Origin: Chara braunii | Lineage: Eukaryota; Plantae; Charophyceae | Length of the DNA: 64,000 nucleotides | Assembly: GCA_003427395.1 (NCBI GenBank) | Contig: BFEA01000023.1 | Location: 4,879,699-4,943,698 of the forward strand | Direction: 5' to 3' | Shown: positions 27,241-38,449 of the stretch, piece after piece | Layout of the letters: the number at the start of each line of letters is the position of its first letter | Position numbering within the stretch: position 1 is the first letter of the stretch | Program-made: the position numbers and the translations under genes | The notes under the pieces: generated by a model | Seen by the model: only the letters and a program-made list of their open reading frames with translations | The model's database searches: none | What the model was told of the DNA's origin: nothing

Positions 27241-28036
27241 GCCGTATGTGTACGAACGTAGTCGCATAGGTGCATCTCTCTCTCTCTCTCTCTCTCTCAG
27301 GCATTTGAACAACAGTGCACTGGACCAGAAATACGGAATGGTCCCTAATCTAATGGTCCAGTGGCGCATTAGACCAACAGTTGCGCTCGCTGCCAAATGG
27401 ACCAGTGGCATCTCGCGTTCCTAAACCATCTACTGATGATGACGAGATGACCTGTTGAACAATAAACGAGAAAACAAAAAAAAAGCATCGTTGCCGCTAC
27501 TTGCACAACAAGAAAAGAAAAAACAGAAAACGAGGAACAGATCCTCTCGCCGCTAACTGGTCCAGTGGCGCTTTGGGACAACAAGTACACTTCCCCTCGG
27601 TAGACCATCTTGCGTCCCTAATCTATATAGAAATTGCCGATCGAATGGTCCCACAACTGATGGTCCCAGTAAGCAGCGGGGGGTCCATTAGAAACGCGAT
27701 ATGGTCCCGCCACTGGACAAATTTCGCGCCACTGGAAACCATTTACCGTCTCCGATGGTCGTGCCCCTTTTTTTTTTTTTTTTTTTTAATTAACACCCGC
27801 AACAACAGATAGGAGTGGTGATAAGAGCATGCACTCCTAGTAGCGGCAGGGTGAAGAGGTCCCAGGGTATTTTTTCCTCAGTCATTCTGAGTCATTCTGA
27901 GTCATTGGTGGGGAGCTGCGATGGTCCTGCCCCTGGACCATGTTCACTCCTTAAGCGAGGGGAATCGGCATAAATCACTGGATCATCAGATACACGAGAC
28001 TGGAAGAGAAAACGCAAAAATAAAAAAGAACTCCTA

Positions 28037-28235
28037 TGTGATAAGAAAAAGGCGGGAACTTCTGTGATAAGAAAAGGCGGGGTAAGAAAAAGCGGGAAAG
28101 TTTTGTGATAAGAAAAGGCAGGAAGGTTTTGTAATAAGAAAAGGCGTGAAGATTTTGTGATAAGAAAAGGCGGGAAGGTTTTGTGATAAGTAAGAAAAGG
28201 CGGGAAGGTTTTGTGGTAAGGTGAAGGCGGGAAGC
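28037..28235. repeat. About 26-bp minisatellite carrying GGCGGGAA
   Basis: About 8 units of GATAAGAAAAGGCGGGAAGGTTTTGT. Confidence 0.85.
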
Positions 28236-29247
28236 TCCTGTGACAGGCTTTCCATCGGCAGGCTCTTTCATCAAAACCGTCGAGGTGACGAGTGTGAGTG
28301 AACCCCCTCGACGGCGTGCGAAATTCCCAACCCCCCCTACCCCTTTCGCGGTCGGACGTTGCGATCCCGATGTGGGTCATGCATGACCGATTGCGAATCG
28401 CGGTCCGCCTAATCAGCAAAAAAACGGTTATCTCTCGGTGACTTCAGGTACTCAGGTGTTTATTGTAACACCACACTTTTTTTTTTTTTTGCGGTGCGCA
28501 CCAAATAAGAAATCTCCGAACGAAGCGGACGACCGAAAGAGCGACCGACTGAACGACCGAACGACCGAACGCGTTTCTACGACCGGTAGCAAGGCAGCCA
28601 GAAAGTGGCGACTGATGGCTGCGATTGGATATCTGATATGCAACAGCAAGACCTTTTTTTTTTCCCCTTTTATTTGAGAGACCTTTTGAATTCGAATGTA
28701 TGGGCCTCGCTGAGAAACCGCTCGCTAAATGTGAAAATGGCGTGTATCTGGTCCAAATTCATCAGGAAGATACACGCACATTTTCTAGATTTGCCGAGCA
28801 GCAAGGCGCTCTACTAATCTTTATCATTTATAATTGACAGCTGGCTGATGTCCAAGGACGTGTCAGACGTGTCCGTCCGCGCGCGACGCATTTCCTAATC
28901 GAAGGCGTATGTATCCGGGCCAAATTAAACAGGAAGGTACACGCACATTTCATAATAGGTTTGGCGAGCGGGATGCAGCAAGCCGCTCTAATCATATAAT
29001 CATATGATAATTTGATTGATTGACAGCTGGCTGACGTAGCTGATACACGTGTGAATACGAGAGGCGATGCATTTCCTGATCGAACTCCGGCCACCGCATA
29101 CGACTAGGTAGTCTTCTCTCTCCCAAACAACACGCACCCTGATGATGAATGTATACAAGCTATCTTTCAGGGCAGATACAGTCCACGATGAGGGTGCGTT
29201 GTGTTCGGGGGAGGTAGTTTCACTGCCGTTGACCGCCGTGGATATAT

Positions 29248-29395
29248 GGGCCTCGCCGCACCACTCACTAAATGCCTATACCTCTTTTCTTTTCTTTTCT
29301 TTTCTTTTAATGCCAAACTCTGAACGTATCCGGCCTAATTCAGTGTTCAGATTCATTCACAATATTCGCGTTTGGCGAGTGGTGCGGCGAAGCCC
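29248..29395. mobile_element. GGGCCTCGC-family MITE (related degenerate copies at about 28702-28810 and 28905-28990)
   Basis: TIR GGGCCTCGCCGCACCACTC / GAGTGGTGCGGCGAAGCCC; flanks TAT/TGT. Confidence 0.75.
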
Positions 29396-30084
29396 TGTAG
29401 AGTCGAATCAACAGCTGTATTGATAGTCCAGACTCGATTATCACCTGCATCTGAAAATTAAGTTAATTCTAATTTAAAAATTTCAGCAGACTAATCAATG
29501 TAATTGTTTTTTTTTTCGCTACCAGACTATAAATCCATAACTAACAGGAAATTAAAAAAAAAAAAAAAAAAAATGATACGAGTAAGGCATTATTACAGTA
29601 AAAAAACATCGATCTATCCATTGATCCGTAAGAAACTTTCGGACAGCCGAGCGAGAGTAGCAATAGGAATGCAGTAGTCTGCCTGGAATACCCGCCTACA
29701 CCTCGGCCTGAAGTTAAGGCATACTCACATGACGTTTAGGCATATATATATTGGCAGAATCGGACCGAGAGTGTGGACAGATTCATTCATTCGCTATAGA
29801 CCTACAAACAGGAGGTGGGCATAGCCAACAATGGATGACGACGTGTCGCACCGTCGTCGCGACACGTCGTCATTCCGTAGAACTTTTTTCAAAAAGATAA
29901 TAAAAAATAAAAAGGAGTTAAATAAAAATAACGAACGACCCACACGTCCCTTTTGCAAAGACACGCAAAACACTGTTCTCCGACAAGTGATACACACGTG
30001 TCATCGCCTTCCAGCGTAGCTTAATTACCCAGACAACTAGTAACAGATCGAGTAGGGTACTCAAATTCGTTATCCAATATACAT

Positions 30085-30900
30085 GACTGGTTGATTGATT
30101 GGTCCATTGATTGGTCGACTGGTCCATTGATTAGTTGATTGGCTGATTTGATAATTGAGTGATTGATAGGACTTCAATTACCATCGCCGTTAATTGATTG
30201 GTCCATTGATGGCTTGATTGATTGGTTGATTGGTTGATTGATTAGTTGATTGGTTGATTTGATGATTGAGTGATTGATAGGACTTCAATTACCATCGTCG
30301 TTGATTGATTGGTCCATTGATGGGTTGATTGATTGGTTGATTGGCTGATTGATAGCTTGATTGGTTGTTTGGTTGATTGATAGGTTGATTGATTTGATGA
30401 TTGATTGATAGGACCAATTACCATCGCCGAGCCGCCACAAACTTTGCTTCTTCTAGCTCAAATCCATCAAATATATACCAATCTATACCTTGTTATATCA
30501 ATCAACAATATCAAGGAATGTATACCAGGCAATCGATCAATCAATCCCGAAAAGACATCAATGATCAATTGGCCGCTTGACGGACATCGACAAATTGAGG
30601 CTCACAACCCGTTTGATTGGTCGGTTGACTAATCAGTATCGATCAACTGCTTCCCCTCTGTTTGGCTTTGATAGATTGATTGGTTGATTGCTTGGTTAGT
30701 TTGTTGACTCCTTGATTGATTGGTGGATTGATCGACTGGTTGATTGATTGATTATTAATTGGTTGATTGATCGATTGGTTGGTTGCCTGTCGAGTAATTG
30801 GTTGATTGATTGGTTGATTCATCAGTTGATTGATCGGTTGATTGATCGGTTGATTGTTCGGTTAATTGATTAGTTGATTGATTGATTGGAAGATTGATTA
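30085..30900. repeat. Degenerate (GATT/GGTT)n tetranucleotide satellite
   Basis: Directly visible, with a higher-order repeat containing gataggacttcaattaccatcg. A reverse-orientation patch lies at about 63110-63205. Confidence 0.85.
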
Positions 30901-31334
30901 TCCAAGCGACATCGATCAATCACCTGCTATCCATGTTCGTCCATCATCGATCACATTGATTGATTCGCTGTTTTTTCGACTGGAAACATTCGCTCTCCAC
31001 TCCCCTTCTTCCGTCTTCTTGATGGATTTCCATTATATATATAATGGAAATCAATCAAGACTGACTGATGGAAAAACAGCGAATCAAGACCGACATGGCT
31101 TGAACGATTGAGTGCAACGTCGCGACCCCGGATCCGGATCCGAAGCAACCCACCCACAGATCAAGGTTGTCCAAGGGTTCCCAAGTGAAATCAAGGCCTT
31201 CAAAAATTTCCCGCCAAGTGAAATCAGGGCTTTCATTTTTTTTCCGCCAACACACGAAATTAACGGCCCAGGTTCATTTTTTCTCTACGGACATCCGCAA
31301 GTAGAATCTGCGCGCCATTCATCACCTGAATAGC

Positions 31335-31450
31335 CAAACGGAGAGGAATAGACAAACGGAGAGGAATAGACAAACGGAGAGGAGTAAACAAACGGAGAGG
31401 AATAGACAAATGGAGATGAGTAGAGAAACGAAGAGGAATAGACAAACAGA
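31335..31450. repeat. 18-bp tandem repeat, about 6 copies
   Basis: Units of AAACGGAGAGGAATAGAC. Confidence 0.85.
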
Positions 31451-31751
31451 GCAATACACTAACATAGGAGTCCAAGAGGAGCATCAAGTGAGGGAGAGAG
31501 AGAGAGAGAGAGAGAGCTAAAAAGAGAGAAGCACAGAAAGAGAGGGAGAGAATGCACTTTATACACAGAGGAATAGAAAAACGGAGAAGAATGGGCAAAC
31601 TGAGAAGCGGAAGAGACAAACGGAGACGAATAGACAGACGTGGGAATTCAGGAGACGCATAGAGAGAGAGAGAGAGAGAAAGGAAGGAGGGGAGAGAGAC
31701 AGAGAGAGAGAGAACGAGAGAAGCTGAGTCAGAGAGAGAGAGAGAACACAC

Positions 31752-32234
31752 CTTATTCTGGGAGGCCGAGGAGGATAGCGTGAGCGCGAGTAAGATGATG
31801 AAGAAAAAGGGGCCCCAGAGGTCCCAGTCCCGCAGGGCTTTGCCGGGATCTTCGCGGGACGGATTCGGGAATACCACTTGCCTCAGATTGACCGCGATCC
31901 GGACCAGATCGCGCTTCAACGTGTCCCAAACGGGTTCCGTAAGCGTGTTGGGAGAGGGAGTGAAGCCGAACGCGCGAGGTGGGGAACCGGCTGTCGGAAC
32001 AGGCGAGGACGCCGACGGGACCCCGATACCTCCTCCGGCCACGGAGGTCGGGATGACTGGCGGCACGCTGGCTGGGCTAACTGCCCTCCCCCCCCCGACA
32101 CTGATAGCCACCGAGTCTGACGTGGACGGTGATACCCCCGCTCCATTTGGCACCGGTGGCACGATGCGAAACAACCCCTCGATCTCGTCGATATCCGACG
32201 TCGGCAGCAGCGACCGCTCCTCTGAATTCATCAT
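31752..32234 (-). CDS. Yip1-family Golgi/TGN membrane protein (YIP4/YIPF6-like), coding exon 1
   Basis: Translates to MMNSEER...NTLTEPVWDTLKRDLVRI...ALRDWDLWGPFFFIILLALTLSSSASQNK, containing the Yip1 hallmarks TL.EPV..T and WDLWGP. Ends at donor AAG|GTGTGT (phase 0, 161 codons). Confidence 0.95.
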
Positions 32235-35200
32235 CGTGTCTAATACTATCTGTATATCTGTATATCTTTATATATGTATATCTTTATATATATATATATT
32301 CTGTTTGTGACGATATATTTGACGATATATAGTGTATATAGATATATATTGTCAAAAACTTTACTTCGTACGCGCGAGAAAAGCGACACAGAGAAAGAGA
32401 GANNNNNNNNNNNNNNNNNNNNNNNNNNNNNNNNNNNNNNNNNNNNNNNNNNNNNNNNNNNNNNNNNNNNNGGGGGGGGGGGAGGTGAGGAGGAGGGAGG
32501 GGAGTTGAACTAAGCAAGCAGGAGAGAGGTGGTATGAGTACTGATGCTAGAGATATGGAGGGTGACGAAATAGAGAGACGGATACAGCCACCAGTCAGGA
32601 CAGCTTGCGAAAAACCCTACGACCGGTAGCAGCCGTTATTGCCGGCACCGCGGCCGGCTGCGGCCGGAGATGGCGGTAATGGGCCTCCGTAAATCGCCCC
32701 ATGCATCGGCGCATGAACAACAACTGCTGTACTGGAATGGAATGAAATTCCATCACTGCAGCTTCGTGAGGATGGAGGATGGAGATCTGTCTGTCAGTCC
32801 CCATCCGGAAGCATCCCCCGTCCGCCCGCCGTACGAAGGCTTTGTTCGGCGCTTGAGCTGCCCAGACCGCAGTAGGGTAGGGGGGGTAGGGGGGAGAGAG
32901 GGGGCACGCTTGTTTCGTCAACGGGGGTCGGAGGGTCTTTCGGAAATTCGGAAATGGAATGCTGAAAAAGTCCAGAATTGCCACTATAGTACTCTCATAG
33001 ATATGCCAGAAAAAGGCCAGAATTGCCGCTAATCTCATCATAGATATGCCAGAAATGTCAAGTGCATACATAGTGAGGCAGCTTGTTTTTATGCCATTGA
33101 TTTCCTGTTTTTCTCCTCGAGAGGGGGATCGTCCCTACCCTAATTTTAATAGCCGCGGAAGGCTTGATCTCTTCTCACCTGCAGTTAGGGCCAGATCCCA
33201 CGAGCCCCTATTGTTCATTTCTGACCTTTGATCTTCATAATCGAGGGTGAAGGGTAGTGGGATCTGACCCTTACCTATGTGTACCATTCTGCCCCAAAGA
33301 GGGTGCTGCATTTGCAATTTCTGCCTCGTTAGGCTGCTCTCCATCTGCCAAGTTCAAGTTTGGCAAGTAGACGCATGGTTGACCATCAGAAATGATGTCA
33401 GTATTTCACCAGATTTGGGCCTTTGGCAATGTCCCCACCTGCCACAGCCGTTTTGTGGAGGGGGGTCCTTGCAACCCCTCCACAAACAGACAGGGGGTCG
33501 GACTCCACTGCATGGCAGCTGCCGTGCGCTTGGAAAATGTCCGCACACTGAAATCGTAGCCCTCAGCGGTAGAAGAAAGAAAATGAGACTCGACCGCAGC
33601 AGAAATTTCCAGGAGGTTTGTCGCTCCAGGTTACCCGATAGGGAAATCTTTCCCTATTTAGAAAGCAGAGCTTTTTTTTTTTTGTTTTTCTTTTTAAGGT
33701 ATGTTCTTCTCTCAATTTCACCTCACACTACCTACCTACCACTACTCTTAATTGTAGGCATACGGGGAGCGCTGGTACCGGGCGAATAGCGGTAGCGCTC
33801 CGGTAACTGCGCCGCTGCGCGTTTCACCGCGCGTAGCGCTGTTTACCTGTGACTCTCGCCGCCAAGACGGGAAACAGGACAGCAGACATGCCCGCCCGGT
33901 CGTGGGTGGAGGCCATGCCTCTTGGTATCGTCTGCTCCAAACAGTCCATAGCTAGACTAGGTCAAGTGAGAGGTTGCTGATGGACACAAACTTGAGAAGC
34001 AACTCAGACCTAGGAGGAAGTAGGTTCAAGTAGATTTTGCGTCGGACTATTACCTCGAGTCCAGGATCAATGAATAGAGCCGATCTCGAGTGAAGTCACC
34101 ACAGTGAACTCCAATCGCCATCGCCATGGTAATTTCACCGAAGTACAAACGGAACCAAAAGAATGTGTTAATCGCTCGTCACACAGGAAACGCGGTACAC
34201 ACACTGAGAGTACGGACGGACAAAGCTTTGCGTTAGAACTAGAGAGAAGTGCCTTCTTTTCCTATCGAAGAGGAAATCGGAGGGTAATCTAGGGTTGAAA
34301 CAGGAAAGTATAGGAAGGAAGGATGAAGGTAGGAAGTAAGTCACCATCTTCGAAGGGTCTCCTCCTCGGTCGTTTTCTACCAAACGGCAATGCCGCTCGG
34401 AAGACTGAATAGCACCGGTGAAATCGCGCAGGGGAGGATCCGAACACACTACCAATCACCAGTTCCAACGCAGGCGGGTGAAAACGCACACAGGTGGCAC
34501 ACGTAGGGGTTGAGGGAAGAGCGGTAAGACGGGATTACACTGTACCCAAAGGTAGAACGGAGACAGGTAGTGCAAGGTTGGGGCAAGGGGTAATCCCATC
34601 CGTGATCAGGGAATTGGGAGGAGAGGAGCGGAGCCGGAAGATACAGATACTAAAAACAGAAAGTAGGTGCAGGTAAGGGGCAAGGAATGCTTCACTCGAC
34701 GATCAGGGAATGGGAAGAGAGGAGCGGATCCGGAAGATACAGAAACTAAGGGCAGAAAGTAGAAGTAGGAAAGAGTAAGTTGATGACGGGGCAAGCACTT
34801 CTCATCAGGGTGAAGAAAGGAAAAATCCGGTGTGGAAATGGAAGGGAGATCGGGTAAGTAGCGGGGTGTGCTCAAGAACCCTCCTACCCGTCGAAGAGCC
34901 AGAGAGGGTACCTGGTAATGCCGACGAAGCTTGGAAACTGGTGCGACACGGAGATGTTGCCCGACATAGGTAAGGGGAGGGAACGAAGGTGTCAGATCGA
35001 AGGAGCAGAGAGGGGTTGGTAACGAGTTAGAAGGAGATGAGTACAGGAAGGAATCGGTTTCAGCCTGTCCCTCAAGCAAACTCAAGGTTGCATCTGTCCT
35101 GTATCGCAGCTTACATTCGGCGCAAGTAGCCTAGGTGCTACTCTGCTCAAAGCCACAATAGTCCCGTCAGCTCTTACGCCATGTGAGCACGTGCATTCGG

Positions 35201-35579
35201 TAGAGTCACCGACTCGATGCTCACGATGCTGGTCACTGCTCTGGGATTTCGCTCTGGCTGGAGGTGACGCAGAGGAAGGCCGACACGTGGCCACGTTATC
35301 ACATCCAGTGCGATCTGTACAACCCCCTAACCATTACCCGTGGCAGCATTGTCGCCATAGCATTGCCATCACCATCATCATCACCAACATCATTACCATT
35401 ACCTTAGGCAATTTTTTTTTTTTCCTTCCTCTCGCCATCGTCACTGCCGTCCAGTCAGTGGATATCAGCATCAGCATCAGATTCAGCTTTGCCTTCAGCC
35501 TGTCAGCGGTTCCGCACTGCTATCGCCGACTCTCGATACACGAGACAGATAAACTTCGAAAGTTAACACTGTCAGGAGG

Positions 35580-38280
35580 ATGGAAAGGCACGCAAGGCAG
35601 GAGGTCACAGAGACCACTAGCAGGTACGTTCTTCCAGTACATCGAACGGAAGCAGGGGTGCAGCAACAAGGGGAGACAACGAGAAGGGACGACTCCTGCA
35701 GATCGAACGGACAAAGACCCTCAACAATACCAAGACAACAGCAAGAGACAGTGGATAGAGTGAGGGAATCAGTGGGACGATGCTATGACGAGGGTATATG
35801 CTCGGACGATCTCAACCTTGGTGAAGTAGTAGAAGATGAAGAAGGAAAACGTTTTGTGGTGAACGAAGCAGTAGACAACATCAAGGAGGATTGGTTGAAG
35901 GAGAGAACTGTAATTATGATCTTTCAAGAGGAAGTAAGACAGTTGTCGAGAGAGGTAAAGGAAGATCTGGTCAGAGCCTACGAAGATGGGTGGATGACAC
36001 AAAAAATATTCGACCCAGATACAAGGAGAGGTAAAATCCGTTTTGAAGGTCAAAATGTCATCTCATATGTAGCCAAGGCGAAGGAAGTAGCAGAATGGTT
36101 GCTGAAAAGAGGGGAGGAAAAGTTGAAACTAGGATCCAAGGAGTACCTCATGACATTCAAACCTTGGATCCCACGTCAAGAGCTACGGGACCTGAGACTG
36201 CAGGAGGCAGAATCCAACTTCTGGATAGTCGCCCTGCGAGTTCAACTCGACGCATATTACTATCTACTAGGAGCAGTCAGGGGGGCGTTCGGAGAGGTGA
36301 AGGCAATGCACCCTCCGGAGTTCGACAAAACGAGGCCAAAGTTGATGAATGTCAAACTAGACATGCATCCGGACACGAGATTCAACGTGGAAGACAGTCT
36401 GGTGATAGAATCTCCGAAAGGAGAAAGGTGGAAGGTAGAGATAACAACGCCGTACACATACTGGTGTAGGAAGTGTAAATGGTACTTCCATACGGAGGAA
36501 AACTGTCCGAGGACGAAACAAGAGGAGGAAGGCAGAAGAACCGATGGGCCAAAAGCGGGAGGGCATAAGGAGAGGTTCACACAACATATTATAAACAAAA
36601 ACCGACCAGTAGGGGAAGGCACTGGGGCAGCGCAACAACAAGGACACATAGTTTCTCAAGGAGGCCAGGTAGAAGGCACACATGAACACAGACAACACAA
36701 GGTCCCCAACAGTCATATCCTGCAAGGCGAGCTGCAAGTCCACGAGTCGTCCGGCAGTCCAAGACCAACCTCGCCTAGATCTGCACAACACAAGATCGGA
36801 CGGGAGCAAAGGACGGGAAAGTCAGGAATGGGGCGCCAGGGAATGTCACCAGGGATGGGCCAGGGACGCCATGCACAACAGAAGCGGGGACTGGAGGAAT
36901 GGGGAACACATGGCCCAGATGCCATTTTCGGCCCCAGGACCAAACCGGAGGGAATGGCCAATCACACCAATTCTGAAACTTCCTAAATCCTCGAAACCAA
37001 ACAGGGAGCCGGAGTGGAGAAGGTCATTCGCTGGTAGGCAAGGTTACGACTGTCACAAAGGCACGCAGCAAAGACCAGCAGGGGCATCCAATGTTCAACA
37101 GGAATACCAACAGGCTGCACATCAATTCAGACCAAAAGACTGTCAAAGGGATGGCTTTGACATAGAGTGGCACACACCAGGGTTACAAAATCTGCATCAG
37201 GGCCCGACAATTCCCCCTGGTCATCCCCAAGCTCGCTACCCCTCGAACAACTATGACTGGAGACCATGGGCCCAACAACAACTGCTGTTGGAACCGGGTC
37301 AGTCGGTTCAGTCGAGGTGGGAGGAACAGTCAGAGTACAGAGAAGCCAGGGATGACATTGGCCAATAGGAACCTGTAATGGGACGGAGAAGAAGGAACGG
37401 AGGGACCTGGCGTGCGTGGGTAGAGGAGGAGACAAGGAGGCAGGAGATCACCAGATCCAAAGAAGGGAGGGGACACAACAGGTATAGAACAACTCAGAGA
37501 TGGGGAGATGAGTGCGAAGGGAACTTCACTCCCGAAAGGCCAACTCAGAAGGCCCCGGAAGAGGTTCTCCAGGAGGAGTTGTCGAAGACCTCAATCTCCT
37601 CCCGCTCTCGGGTCCGCATGGACAGCGAAGCGGAAGCCAGCCATTTGGGTAGTGAACACTCGTCTTCGTCGTTGGAAAGTTCAGCGAACTCAAGACTTCA
37701 AGTCCGGGAAGGTAAAGGTTTAGTGTCTGGACAGCGAGCACCTCAGAACCGAAGAGCAGACACAGTCCATAGGGAGCAAGCGGTGCTGATGAAGAGCAGA
37801 ATAGTGCCACAGGTATGCACTCAGGCACGTGATGGGGCTTTCTTCCTTGCACTATCAGACAAGGCAGGCGGGTCGTTTATCCCATCGGAAGAAGTGGATA
37901 AAGCACCCACTCCAACGATGATCCTGCAAGCCACAAAGAGGCTGTACGGAGACCACATTCCAGTGCGGATCATCCCCAGGTCCTCGATGATTAACATCAT
38001 TTGCGAGACCTCTCACGGGTACCACAAGTTTTATTTCCCGCTGCTAGATGCGCGGATCTTCCCCGACTCAGCAGAAGCCTTGACGCAGACAGGGGTCCGC
38101 TGGCACAACATAAACGTGGTGAGAGAATGAAATGCACAGGAATTGAAACAGATCAGTGTGTTCCACGATATCAGTGGCCTGGTTCTACTCAATGTGAATG
38201 AAAAACTGCCAGACGATGAGAGCCTTCACTCAGACTTCATCGCGTCCATGCTTAACAAGGAATGGCCAGAGAAGTCGTAG
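35580..38280 (+). pseudogene. LINE ORF1 remnant (about 900 codons with a frameshift and stops)
   Basis: The 468-aa ORF has an RRM-like region and a CCHC knuckle CRKCKWYFHTEENC. ORFs 36682-37368 and 37378-38130 share one frame and read on to TAG 38280 across single stops. The true start may lie further upstream. Confidence 0.75.
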
Positions 38281-38449
38281 TCTTCAGCAGTCAGAAGCAG
38301 CTCTAGATGAAGCATCCGATCCAGCTCTATGCCACAGGCTGAGTCACCAGGAAGAACAATGAACCAACAACATCTCCAAACTGGTCAAGAAGACCAAAAC
38401 CGCATCCAACAGCAAGCGGTGGTTCTCCAGGAAAATTGACAGACTTAGA

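Noticed and set aside
31260-31751. C-terminal half of the 324-aa ORF as part of the Yip1 protein
   Set aside because: It is read-through into intron 1 past the GT donor at 31751; the true continuation is exon 21543-21617.
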